Made by a program: the position numbers and the translations under genes
Notes under the pieces: model-generated
What the model was told of the DNA's origin: nothing
The model's input: only the letters and a program-made list of their open reading frames with translations
Database searches by the model: none
Shown here: positions 37,153 through 50,400 of the stretch, piece after piece
How the letters are laid out: each line of letters begins with the position of its first letter
Position numbering within the stretch: the stretch's first letter is position 1
NCBI GenBank assembly: GCA_973895155.1
Contig: OZ316891.1
Span: forward strand, 3,299,801 to 3,363,800
Reading direction: 5' to 3'
DNA from: Marsupella aquatica
Taxonomy: Eukaryota; Plantae; Marchantiophyta
DNA length: 64,000 bases

Positions 37153-38855
37153 TTTTCAATCTATTCTATGATTCACTTCTATCAGGCTATCCAACAACAA
37201 CCAGATCCCTGTGTATACCCATGTTGACCACATGATTCTTTTTTGTATCGACATCATTGCGTCCTTGATTGAATCTGCACTTAGAGCGAGGGAGGATGTT
37301 GACATTAACTTTACTATCGCTGTAAATTACTTGTGATGCACTTTCTAAGTGCCAAAGCATGATTGTATATCTCTTTAGTATCTCGTCCACTCCCCGAATA
37401 TCACGCCGTGTTATCCGCTCTCAAGTACTAGTGATTAGTTGGTTAGTTAGTGATACACTGTATCTCTTACCGTTGATCTTCATGTCTAGTTTTATGGATC
37501 TTGATACATCTCATTTTGTGGCGTGTATGTATGTGGGGCCCTTGCCTCCCCTCAACATTGATCATTCAATCAGAGTTACTCCATTGTTTACACTATGTAC
37601 CTTGAGTACTCTCTCATGACGGTTGTTTGCACGTCAAACAGAGTTGGACTAGACATGGAGTTTCTCTTACCCTCGTCGGTTGCTTTGCAGGCTGAGCCCT
37701 TTGTATCACACTCACAAATCCACAATTATGTTCTTTGCAAAACTGGAACAATGCTATTGCGTTATGCACAAACTAGGCAAAAAGTTCACTTGCACAAAAA
37801 TTCAAGCTCCAAGGAAATTATGAGGAAATGGTAACATTGGCACACACTAACCCGTCACGCTCAGCGCTTGAATGTGGGCTGCCAAAACATGGAGTTGTGG
37901 AGTATGCAATAGGTCAGAAACAATGCTGGCAAAAGTGCCATGCGGGAAGGTGTTTTCTCGATGCAATAGCCTTCTTGGCTATTGCAGACCTTCAAGTCAC
38001 TCGTACCTCTCTACTATGAAATAGACTCATACTGGTAAATACTACGACCGGGAGTGAAATGCACAGCGACCCAAGAGAAGCAGATTATAGCCAGCATGGG
38101 TAGGGCAGGCTTGTGATGGGTTGCGATTGCAATAGGGACACCCCAGTACTCGATTTGGGGACATGCGGCGCTCTGCAATGGTCACGAGGGGCATGCTGCC
38201 CGAAATGCGTGCAGACTGCCCAAAGCGCTCAAATATATAAGTGCGATGCTATTACACCCACTCCTTGTAAATATATCTGTAAACCCTCCCGGAAGCCACA
38301 TTAATGTGCATAGATATTTGTAATTGCGCCTAATCTCCTCTAGCACATCCATCAACCAAGAATATATTTTGAAATTACTAACATTCAATTTATTACAATT
38401 AAATTCGAAATTTCGTAAATGTGGTCGGTGGGGTTTTCAAAGACCACCGTTGTGGTCCATGGGAGCATCATTTTCCTGAAACAATAGTAGTAATGTCGGA
38501 AAACCCAGAAATGTGATAAACAATGTGAAGTTCCCGCGCAAATGTGCACCTGACGACCTTTCAAAAAACTGTAAGTGCAAACAGAAACAAAATCGTCCGT
38601 CCTTCTGTCCGACTCTCCATTCGCTTTCCGCTTCGCAAGAGTTCCTGATCCTGAGAGTCACACGAATGTATAGACGATTGAATTGCATTGCTATGAGTCC
38701 AAAGATCCCCTGAAACACACTTGAATTGCATTTGAGAGAGAGAGAGAGATAATTGCACAGAAAGGCATACAGATGTAGAGAAAGAGAACTGAGTCGAACA
38801 TTGCCTCCACTGATCACCCAAAGAACATAAACACAGAGGGAGTGAGACAGCAGGG

Positions 38856-41237
38856 ATGGTGGCGATGGCGCAGCTGAACGTGAGCTCGTTGCAAGAGACA
38901 GTGGCTATCATGCGTCAACTAAACGAATTGCACTCGCACAATGTGGACTTGGACTGCAGCAAACTTCTGAAGATCCAGCAGGACATGGCAGAAGAGATGG
39001 CCATCTGGCGGTCCAAGCAGGCCGAGATGAGTTCGCAGACTCTAGGTTGGAGGGCCCGTTGTGATTTTTCTTGTTTTCCTGCTTTGCTTGAAATTACTTG
39101 CCCACTTCGAACACAGTTTTAGAGATACCTGCCGGTTGATTGGTTGGTTGGTCGCCTCTGATGGGGCCCTTCTCTTCTTTGAACACAATTCCAGCAGCCA
39201 TTAGCTCTAGCATGACTCTGAAGGATTTTTCTGCTGGTTGTGCCTGATGGCCACCAGCTCTCTTTGGGCGTACAACTAGCTACCCACTTAGAGCATAATG
39301 TAAGAAATCTCTGCCGGTTGTTTGGTTGGTTGCTTCTGATTGGCCCCTTCTCTTTTTTAAATACAGAATTCCAGCAGCCGTTAGCTCTGGCATGCCTCCG
39401 AAGGATTTCTCTGCCGGTTGTCTCTGACGGTCGCCTCTTTTTGGACGCATAGCTCCAGCTGCAAGGAGTTCTAGAATTGCTTGTAGGACTTCTGATGTTT
39501 GCCTCGGATTGGCCAATCTCTGTCTAAACAAAGAAGCCCAGCAGCAAGTATCTCTGGTGTAACGTGGAGGATTTCTGTTGATAGACTCTTCTGGGCCCGT
39601 TTAAACTTCTTCGTGGGTCTACCTGGTATTTAAGCATTTCCGCATGTTGTCTCTGATGGCCACTTCTCTTCGAACGAAGGGCTCCAGCAGCAGGCAGCTC
39701 TACGCTGTAATTGTTTCGGGGACTTGTCTCGGTTATATCTTACTGTCCATTCTGACACAGAACTTTAGAAGCGAGTAGCTCTAGTATTTGATGGATTTCT
39801 GATCGTTGTTTCTGATGAGCGCTCAACCCTTTCCTTTGGACACAGAACTCCAGCAGCAAGTAGCTCTAGCAGAGCGAAGGCTGGTTACAGCGAAGTTTGA
39901 CAGTTCCAACAATCGAGAATTGGAGCGTGTAAGAGAACAGCTGGCGCAGGCACAAGCCAGAGAAAGGCAAACGCAGGCAGATGTGAAATAAGTGCCCTCT
40001 CAACTTTCCCCCTTTGTCGTTCTAAGAAAATGGCGTATTGCCCAATTTGACTGATTTTCCCTAATCATGGATTGCTCTGGAGTTTAATTCTTTGAATCAA
40101 CCAAGTCTACAGGCTGACAAGTTGAAGCAAATTTGAAATCAGTGCCATCAATTTTTTCCCTTTGTTTAAGGAGAGGAAGGTCAATGCCCGAATTAACTCT
40201 ATTCCAATAATTATCACGGATTGCCGTTGAGTTTTAAGTCTCGCGCTGATGATTTTCTGGGGCTTCACAAATTTATATTGGTGCGTTGGGGCATTCTAAA
40301 GCCCTTTAACAATTCAGATTTGTCTTCTATTGTGAGAGTTTTCTGAGCCTTAAATTGATATTTCATTTCCTGTTGCCATCCCTCAGAGTCAAGTACAATT
40401 CTGACTAATTTGAAAGAAAAGAAACAATTGTTGCATACCTTGCTGCACACATGGAGTACGTTATTCGGGAGATGCCGCACTCTGAAACTGTTTGCTTTTT
40501 TAATTAAAGCTTCGTCTCTCATAGGAGTAGCGAACTTCTGGCTCGTGGAAGCCTAACGGTTGCGTACCAATTCCATTCTCCACAGATCTTGAAGAATGCA
40601 TTGAGGCAATTGAAGAGCAAATGACCTCCATCAAGTTGCAGAAAGAAACACTAGAGAAACCAGATGCAGAGGAGGCATTTCTCAAGTACACTAACCGGAA
40701 ACCTTTCCTGCCTTATATTGAAAACATCTCATTGATTCTTGCCTCAACTAGCAGCAAAGGAAGTCTATATATGCCTTGATGTGGTGTTCTGTTAGCCTCG
40801 AATTGATGTTGTACTACTTTTTGAATAATTGGTTGCAGAAACGAGCTTTCCCTTTTTCTGAATGTCTCCAGCATATTACCAGATCTTGGTGTTCCGAAAT
40901 TTTCAGGCTGTATCCACCTCCTGCTCATGATGGTTTGTAGCTCATGAATTGTCGTGGAATGTAGGTTGTAGCTATGTTGATCTCATGGCCCGGCTTAAGT
41001 TGGTCTTGATAATTTCGAAGCTCTGTTGTTCGCCTCATTCTATTTGACTGTCCGTTCATTCTTGTCAAATCATATCAATTTTCTCTGCTTGATGTTGTTC
41101 CCGGAGACGGATGAAAATCCTTGACCAGATCAACAGCTTTCGTGGACAAGCAGAGAGGTGTGACGACTTTCAAGTTCCCATCAACAGAGATGTCGCAGTT
41201 TGAGACCTGTAACGCTGCCTGGGACATGATGAGATGA
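38856..41237 (+). CDS. SPC24: Kinetochore NDC80-complex subunit Spc24; exons 38856-39045, 39846-39987, 40584-40685, 40839-40909, 41137-41237
   Basis: Coiled-coil N-part, then NELSLFLNVSSILPDLGVPKFSGSFVDKQRGVTTFKFPSTEMSQFETCNAAWDMMR, matching the plant Spc24 C-terminus (LSMYASVT.IIP...SG..VD...F...M..ETCN..W). The model needs an AT-AC intron 2 and a U12-like intron 4. Confidence 0.8.
39090..39875 (+). repeat. Degenerate tandem copies of the SPC24 intron 1 acceptor/exon 2 start
   Basis: Variants of CCCTTTCCTTTGGACACAGAACTCCAGCAGCAAGTAGCTCTAG near 39165, 39342, 39432, 39513, 39660 and 39747, with the true site at 39827-39870. Confidence 0.75.
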
Positions 41238-41459
41238 GAGTCTTTATGCTGGTTTGAGGCTTGAGGTTAGGTTAGAACGTCAGGACTATGAGTTTAGGGA
41301 TGGGAAGCTAAGGATGCATTGGGTTAAAGATGTCAGCTTACAGGGTCGGACTGTCGGACAGGTGTTTTCTACTATATAGCCTCTATATTGAAGCTCCAAA
41401 ACATTCGCAATTGTGGGCCGTCGGGATCTTCATGTTTTTATTGAAAAATGCACATAACT

Positions 41460-41700
41460 GCACATCAACCAGCTGTATAACCTCTATATGGAAGCTCCGA
41501 ATCCAATCGTTATTAGCTCCGAATCCAATCGTTATTGTGGTCCGTCTGGCATCTTCATATCAAAACTACATAGCAACCAGCATCAACCAGCTGTATAGCC
41601 TCTATTTGGAAGCTCCGAATCCAATCGTTATTAACTCTGAATCCAATCGTTATTGTGGTCCGTCTGGCATCTTCATATCAAAACTACATAGCAACCAGCT
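41460..41700. repeat. Nested tandem repeats (GAAGCTCCGAATCCAATCGTTATT; ~120-bp period)
   Basis: Near-identical blocks at 41490-41580 and 41609-41700 with internal sub-repeats. Confidence 0.8.
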
Positions 41701-42474
41701 AGTTGATCCACAGTTGGAGAGGAGATCAGCAGCTCCAACTCTGCGTCGTCTATTTCGAACTACGATTTGCATTATGCATGTATCTGGGAGAACCAAACTC
41801 ATTTGGGTGAACCTACTGGATCCAGGTTGTAGGCAAAGAATTTCGTCCATTCCCCTCCCCTTCCTCTATCCAAGCACTGTTTTCGCCCGTCCAAATTTTT
41901 GTACTTGACAACTGTAAAGCTAGAATAATGGTTCACTTGCTTGTCGATCTTAATAATGGATTCCATAAGGTCATTTCACAGCAATAGGGAGCTAACTTCT
42001 AATGTAATGTGAGGCATATCTCTCAACGTGCAAAATGTAGACAATGCAGATGCGGTGTGAACAGTAAACGCAAGAATATTTTCTTCTCAAGCCGTTTATA
42101 AACAGAGCCTAGAAAATATACAAGAATAAGGCTTTCTGTTTCCGGACTTTAACTCGAATCTCAGACAAGAGGTAGTAGACAGACCTCCTTCACGTTGATG
42201 CCTGGTACTATGCTGCACTTCAGTTTCCCTATTTTCCTGAGTTCCGAGCCAAAACTTAAAACGATCTTCACAGAGTTCTCTTACCACTGGGGCCGTCCTA
42301 CCCTTCCCGTGTCGCTCTGCACCCAGATCTCTGATCTCTCTACACAGCCAAGTCCCTATTCAAGAGATTTCAGGCTCTGTCATTCTCCTGTATACACTCC
42401 TCCTATGTTGGACGTTCTTTCGGATCTGTTCGTTGTGATTCTGCGCAATATCTTTTGTACAGCCAGAGGTTCAA

Positions 42475-43026
42475 TCAAGGGGTGTAGAGAGGGCTGGGAC
42501 ATGTTGAGTGATTGCTGTGTGGTCTCTTCAGAGGCATGTATGTTGGCTCATAAAGGCCATCCCTTGTAGGAGTTGCATAAGCACTCAGAGGACTTGAATA
42601 GGGCCGATTGGCCCTATTTGGCGTGCATGGAGTTCCATCGTAGTAAATGGGGCCTGATGTTGATCGCTTTGGCATGGGATTCATGGAGTTTCTTTTCATT
42701 GTAATCGGTGCCGTCGATGGGGCCACTGTTGCCCTCGTCATTGATGACTTAAACAAATGATGGATGGGTGTTGTGCAGCTACTGTGAATCATACCATCAC
42801 CAGTCGGATTGAACTCGAATTGATTGTTCTGTTTCGAACGCTTCCAAAACATCAGCTTCTTCCAGGACTTTGACGCCTTGTGCTGGTGGGTTTCATGTGT
42901 CCCAGCTCGATGCCGTGAAAACACTTCTTCCGAATCTTCGAAGGAAATGATGCTGTGGTGACGGATATCGGGTGACCGAGCAAGCCAAGATTGGACTGAC
43001 TCGTATCTTTCAGGCGAATTGTGCAT
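42475..43026 (-). CDS. Conserved plant protein of unknown function (SWKKLMFWK...SGPIY...SSPL...TP...YMPL...PLY)
   Basis: 183-aa ORF with the motif pattern of a known uncharacterised land-plant family; upstream splice acceptor at ~43068 suggests a 5' intron. Confidence 0.7.
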   Translation of the reverse strand: MHNSPERYESVQSWLARSPDIRHHSIISFEDSEEVFSRHRAGTHETHQHKASKSWKKLMFWKRSKQNNQFEFNPTGDGMIHSSCTTPIHHLFKSSMTRATVAPSTAPITMKRNSMNPMPKRSTSGPIYYDGTPCTPNRANRPYSSPLSAYATPTRDGLYEPTYMPLKRPHSNHSTCPSPLYTP

Positions 43027-46000
43027 CGGCTTTATTTGACTGGCCTCAGCAGCATGCGATCGTGCATCTGCAAGGACCTACAAGGCCAAGTTATATGTCC
43101 TCAACAGTCAATTTATAAACATTGATTATTTTACGTATGTCTCGCTGATTTTACGATTATTTTAATAACAAATGTTTAACTTGTTTTTATAATGTCCAAA
43201 TGATTTACGACGAAAAGCTTTACAATAAGATCAAGCACTACAACGTGATGAAAGGCAATGGTCAAACCTGTAAATAGTCGTTTTCTGCGTCAGAGTCTTC
43301 AAAATAAACGCTGTTGTCATAATCAGCAACCTTCGGTGATAAAGTTGCAGGTGGTCTGTTGAACTCCCGAAATGAAACAATCGTGTTTGGCCTGATCATT
43401 TGCGTGCAGCCAAAATAATGTCATTGGAATAGCGGTGTGAACCATATTCAGATGAATGATAGAGACCAACATTCGACTTCGACTTCGACATTTGAATTAA
43501 AAAAGCAAGACACGAATCGTACAGATTAGAGCATCGTTTCACAACTGGTTCATAACGAGTCATCAAAATTGATCAAAATCGATGATCCATAAAAGGGACA
43601 ATCATCAAGAAAATAATCTCTCACGTGTGGACTGTGTAAGGGTGAAAGTCTTGAACTGAGATAGTCGTGTTCGGCCTGATGATTTGCACGCAAACAAAAT
43701 TAGAGCTCATCAGCATGCATCAGGTATGGAACAGAGAACAAACAGAAACTGAATTTGACATTTGACTCAAACGGAAGACCTGAAATGAGAAGATCCTGGA
43801 GAAGGACCGCCGTCCATGACTGGATTCATGACAATTACAAACACATGACCAATAGGAGTTTCGATCACATAAAAATAACTTTCGTCTTACTTGTAGTCTG
43901 CACGAGAGAGAAAGTCTGCCAAGGGTGCACGCCTCTCTCTTTCCTTCTCGTTGTTTCGTCCAGTCCCTTCTTGTGTAAACTCCCGAAGTGGAAGAATCGT
44001 GTTTGGCCTGATGCTTTTCCTGCAGCCACACGTATAGCCTCATTAGCAGGCCTCGTTGGGAACAATATTCAGGTGTAGAACTCAGAGCAAACAAAGATTG
44101 AAGACATTAACATCAGACCGCACAACACAACGATGCAGGAAAAGTGACAGTGCATGATTGGATTGACGTGAACAAACATCACTACACTGCCAAATCGTTA
44201 ATTGATATTCTGCCACCATTCTGAAGACATTGAACGCAATTGTGTCTAAATCCGTATAAAGCGTGGCTAACGAGATGACACCACTAACCAGAATCGTGAC
44301 GCTGGAATCAATCATCTAAACCCTGCGATATTTTGCTAGCACTACATATTCATGGCATCATACACGTCTTTGGCGAAATATCGTCACAGGTCGTTCATTA
44401 CAAGTCATTAACCCATGGGAGTCAAGGCAACTCGGACTCTCACTTGTAGTCTGCACGCGGGTGAAAGTCTGACGAGGGTGAAGGTGTCTCTCCCTGCTTC
44501 TTGTTCTTCCTTCTGGTAACTGCATAAGACGAGAAAATCAAACCATGCTGTCAACCGTGCACGAAGGAAACGACATTTCAGGTACACACCAAGTATAAAT
44601 TACTGGATTAGATTCACGTGTTGGAACATTAGAATTAAGCATCAAGTGGGTATGTTAAGATACTGACCAAGACCCCAAAGGTATGAGCCAAGCAGCAGGG
44701 TGGTAGCCAACGCAGCTACTCCAATGATCAGCGGTAGAATCCTGAAGACATGTTGATGCCATCCCCTGTAGTTGCTTCCTACTCCAAACCTGAGTTTCGT
44801 GCCTAGGTTTTGGAGTACCATGCCTAATTGCCGTATATCCAAGCTTTGGGGAGTATTGTATATGAAAGTCTCATCAAATCCGCTTGAAACATCTATGTTC
44901 AAAGGATCTGAGGTGAAGCCCCTTGGATCTTACAAATCCTGAACTTGCTGACTGTCTAAACCGTCCCAACCATCTAACTGAACATAGCATGCCTGCACAA
45001 ATTCCGAATTTTATTCAGAATGCACTTCAAGTCCCTGAGAGGTGGGATGAAATGAAAAATATTAAGTCGAGGTGAAAGACAATGCAAACCTTCATGCAGG
45101 GAGGGCCGCTCCAATTTTCTCAAACCACTTCGAGCAAGAAATATTTGTACATGCACTCAAAATGGTGTTGATCGGAGGAGATGAGATCGGAGCTGCAACC
45201 AGGCACACATCTTAGTATAGTTGTAAGGGGTCATCTGAACATACTTCCTAACTAGCAGGTTGGAGAATTTGGTTTTATGGGTAACATTCACACGGGTACG
45301 AAAATCAAATAACGGGGCTCGTTCAATAACCGATGCTCCTAACCGAAGAAAGCCTTCTATTTTGTTATTATTCATTGGGCTTCCCCTGAGCCCCTATGGC
45401 GCTTGTTTTCTCTCGAGGATACCTGATTCAGGTACAGGAATCTCCATCATAATTCTCGAACGGTTCCTGGTTTAAACTATACGTCAAGACTTAAAATCGA
45501 ACGGGCTCGAAAGGCTGACATTAGGATTTTATCGAATGAACTGAAATTGTAGTTTTGGTACATATCGTGCGCTCCGACCAACTGCAACGTAATCCGTCAG
45601 TGCAGGCCCGGTGGGTTTTTAATTGAGTCAGCACAGGTGCCGCCCAGTCCGAGAGGGTGTAATCCTTTCACAGCTCGGGATGGAAACCTTCTTTCTCTCA
45701 ATTTTAGATGATGGAGAAGCGGAGAGCAAACGAGAACAGAGGAGAGCGGGATGCTAGCTGATCGACCAGAATTGATCGCACAGATGGTTGCGATCCTTAT
45801 GTGCGGACATTTGAGAAGGAATGGAGAAGCTTCTGCAGAAGTGCCGTACCAGCCTACCTCGTCGTGACCGTTCAGTCAGCCCTGTGAAATTCAAGCTTTG
45901 TGTAATCAGCAAAGGTTCATTAGAATCAACGCCAGTGCAAATTGAGTAAATTTTCGCAAAGATTACGACGAGGGAGACGTGAGACTCTTGGTACGATGGG

Positions 46001-46268
46001 CTGTCAGCTGACAAATCACACTGTGATTAAACTACATCACGCTGATGGACACTTGTCGAGTTCTTGCCGTGATGAAGCTCGTTGTGAGAAACACAACTAC
46101 ATGAGGCAGACAACCAAATGAGGAGACGCCTAACTCCCTTACTAGCAGATAAAGAGCTGTTTGCACTTATCAACACTGGACGATAAAGTCAGGCCACGCC
46201 ACGAAGTACATACATCAAACGGCAAATTTGTTTCGGCATGATTGAATTTCGATAGCAGGCAAATTGTT

Positions 46269-46297
46269 ATGATGATGATGATGATGATGATGATGAT
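46269..46297. repeat. (GAT)n microsatellite
   Basis: About 9 perfect units. Confidence 0.95.
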
Positions 46298-46984
46298 AAC
46301 GATTCGATTGGCGGCTCAATGAATGACTGTGAGTTACGGAAGGACTGTGAGATTCGAAGAACTTTTTCCTAATTGAGTGTCGTACAGAGAATTAAAGGGC
46401 ATTGAATCGATTTCTGACGCGGTCGGTTTGAGTGACAAAGAGGACCAGTGGGATGGGAACAATTGGATTGATTCATCAAAAACGATGACCAGGTCCGTGA
46501 TTGAGGTGCCCTGACAGCAAGCAAGCTTTCGATCTCCGTCATAAGAATCCATCTGAGGAGCACTCCGCTACAGTGCTAGCACTTTCCTCGAGGAAAGAGC
46601 TGGACATCATAGTGGCGCAGGAAGCATTCTAAGAATGAGATTAAAAATGACAACTAGAAGTAGATTATGGTGCTGACGGGAGTCCTGACCTTTTCATAAT
46701 TATAAAGCATGAGAAGTCCCACCACCATCTTCGAGGAAAGAGTTCGAAAGTGGTCATAGCACAGGAGATACTCGAAGATCGCCCAAATCAGCAAGTCAAT
46801 TGGAAGGATGTGGGTTCCACTAATTAACATGCCTCACCTCGAGATGAAGTTGCTTTCCTTTCCAGGACTTTCCTTTCCAAGAGAAAGCAGTTCTTGGAAA
46901 GGAAATCTCGACGTGGCGAACAGCTACGAGATTCTGCAATTTAATAAAGTTCTCGGGTTTGGAAAACCGTACTGCAACCTCACG

Positions 46985-47440
46985 TCCAGGAGGGAGATTT
47001 TTAAAACAGGCTGTGTGAAATTTCACACCAACACATTCATGTCGTTTAAAGAACGATTACACATGGATGCAAGCACCGCACTCATGCTGCAGCTATGGCC
47101 ACGCGAACAAAAACGGTTGACACTGCACTACCACTCACATCGAAGAGGGAATTATAATAAATACGTACTGACGTTGCACAACTACAACTCAGGTCAAGGA
47201 GGGAGATTCTACACGTGAAGTGAAATTTCACACAAACAAAATCATGTCGTCGTAAGAAGATACACGATGAATGCAAAGGCCACACTCGTGTTGCAGTTAT
47301 CGCCACGCGAACACAACTGTTCTTTAGGTGAATGTTTGAAAGCAATTACCAGGTACATGGTGGGAAGCGTTGACAATGCACTGTCTACCACACACATCGA
47401 AGAGGGAGATATTTTTCTGTCCGCTCCTGTGAAATCGCAA
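46985..47440. repeat. Degenerate ~210-250 bp tandem repeat
   Basis: GTGAAATTTCACAC..ATGTCGT at ~47014 and ~47220; CACATCGAAGAGGGA at ~47137 and ~47394. Confidence 0.6.
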
Positions 47441-50400
47441 ATATCCAGCCCTCTTGGAGACTGCACCAAGTGGATGCCAGCGTCACTCTTGTGCTCTCAC
47501 TACGACACAGTACAGTGTTCTCTCGGCTTCAAGCCAATGAATGTTTGACTGCTCATTCACGCGATTGAAGTGCTCCTCGAATATACGTTACCGTACTAAG
47601 CGCCCGTCGCCGAAGTCAGCCCACACGGCATGAGGCTCAAGGGACAGGGGTGGGCATAGCCAGTCCTGGGTCCGGACAAAGCAGCAAAAAGAAAATGAAA
47701 CTAAGGCGACCATAAATTCATCGAGCTCTCACCAATCTAGGGAACCCACTTCTTCAATCCACGGGAAAAAGGTTGACAGCAATTGGCAGATATTCATAAG
47801 AAAACGAATGAAGACCAGAACTTCTGCCTCACCACGTGAACACGGGCATTTCATTCACGCTCATGTGAATAACCTGACACCTGTTTACAGACATTAAAGA
47901 AAGACGACGAGAAACTTATTCTACATCTAGCTGATGGAAATGTTTGGTTTCTAGTCGAGCCACTGGTACTCCACAACTCAAGTGAGTACACAACACCAAG
48001 GCGCCCCGTATCATATAAATCTACTACCAAATCAACTGTGTTTGAGCCCGGCCATCACCGACTACCACAGACTGAATGTCCTCATACAGAGGAAGCTAAC
48101 GAAGTCTTACCGTTGATTAACAACTGCCAAGTGAAGTCAGTTTTCTGCTCAGATTCATTGAACATTTAGTATAGACAGGTCAATGTAGAAAGAAAACCCA
48201 CAGAAATCCCAGTTCCCGATAGACTACGTACCTCTTTGATTTGCTTGTGTTGGAAATCCAGTCCTGGCGAGAATTCAGCTGGACAAGAGTCAGATTCGGG
48301 AGGCGGACGAGTCATATCTCAAGCTTCCCATGAAGTTTCTGTGGCTTGGACGGATCAAACCGAGTACCCGGCTGCTTCAAACCCGCTACAGTAATTCAAT
48401 TCACTGATCTTGACGCTTGAAAGCTCTACAGCTTTTCAAAACCCCAGCATGAACTGTTCTTACGCAGATCCTCTATCGTTCAATTCGTGCAGCTGAAGCT
48501 GGTAATCACTCTCCCAACCAAACTGAGGCCGAATACTTTCTACTCCTACATTACGCCTACCCTCCCTATGCGCGCGGCAGGACACAAGAGAATTCAAGCC
48601 TCTCCGAGAAGCCTTCAATACGCTGAATTAGTTCATTCTGAACTTCCAATTTTCCCCGTCTTTTCTTCCCTTCTCCAAATCCGATCCGTTCCTTCCCTGG
48701 AGAGTGTGGCCGAGACCAAAACTTCGCTTTAGAACGAGAAAAGTGTTTCTCAGCTCGGAGTAATCACAACATAGCTGTCCCCAAAATAACGGTTTGAACT
48801 CTGAAGTAATAGTAGCTTCAGCCCTGCTTTCTCTGTCAAAGGATGAGTTGATGATGGGTTGATGATTGATCGGATCCGAATCGATTCCAACGGGGCAATA
48901 AATGGGAGCTCATCTGCGTCAACAACACCAGCCTTTTGCAGTTTGCTCCATAAACTCCAGTGTCCAGCTCCAGCGCCAGCGCCAGCTCCACGAGAAGCTA
49001 CTCGACTGTCAGAATTAGTCTTGAGCTCGTGAGATTTGTCACTGCCTTCTCATCACACATCAGTCAACTAACAACAGCCAAGAAGCAATCATGATCTCCG
49101 GAGTACAGTGCACTAATGGACTATGACAAGTGATAACAGTCTTACAGTCCTGTCCTCCAGTTTGTCCGTGCACGAGGGCCCCCTCCCAGCTATCTCGAGT
49201 GATGATTGTCACGCAACACCATTTACCATTTTTGGTTGTATCAGAAAGGAATTTGAGATGTGAAAGATGTGAAGCAGGGGTGTGGGAGTTGTCCTCCAGG
49301 AGACAAGGATGACAGTATGAAGCAGCTAGAGCCTAGATGGCTACGGTAGCCAGATGCAATGCACATTTTTCTACTGCTATGCTCCACCCATTCCAGCTAC
49401 TTCCCAGAGCCCCCTCATTCCTCTCCCCCTATGCTATGGCGGTGGTGTTGTAGGAATGTAGGTATTGTTCTTTTCTCGTCTGAGCCTTTGAGTAAAGTTG
49501 TTGGGTTAAAGAGGCTTGCCCCCGTATTGGAGACACCCATGTCCCACTAAGATATGGACCGCTAGTTCATCGGTATGTCGGGCTCCTTTGAGTAAATTGG
49601 TCGTTTTCCCCACTTCGCTTCCCCTATGATTGGGGTGGCTCTTCTCAGTAATTTGGTCTTTTCCCCATTTCTTCCGCTATGGGGTCTCTTTCGAGGTTTA
49701 TGGGGGTTTGCTTTATAAATGCCGTTGTACTTTGTTTGCCTCTTATTAATAAATGGGCCTTTTCCCCCTCTTTTCCCTTTGGGCTCTCTTTCTAGGTTTT
49801 TGGGGTTTGCTTTTACCGTATTGTATTTGTTTTGGGCTCTCTTTCTAGGTTCTGGGGATAGCTTTTACTCGATTGCACAAAATGCCCGGATGGATCTACT
49901 CAACCCACGTGGACTGCAGAAAAACCTTTTCGGTACTCAAATTAGCACTTTTTTTCTTGGTAAAAATTCTATACTTTTTTGGCCAACAGTAACCTAGTCC
50001 ATCCGGGGGTTATGAGAATGATGAAGGCCACGTTAGCTACTGTAGCACACCTCTGGTTATCCAAATTCCAGGTATAACTTTCATTTCAAAATAGAGCAAA
50101 AGTACACTCGAGGAGTAAGTTAACTCAGGCCTAGGGGGTTACATCCCATGAAGCCCCTTGGTGGGTTAAATCACATAAAGCCATGGGTTACCCAATGGGG
50201 GGGGGGGGAGACAACCAACCTTGATTGATACCTTCACGCAATGGGTTACCTTACACATTATTTTCTGTAGTGGGGGGAACTACGTTCCCGCGAAAAGATT
50301 AGATATATGTTTCGAAAACCTGACGGTTCCGGTCGCTGTTTGGTAGTTTTTGCCAGTTCTCCGGTCGTGACGAAATCGAAGTCACAAACACGACAGGTCG

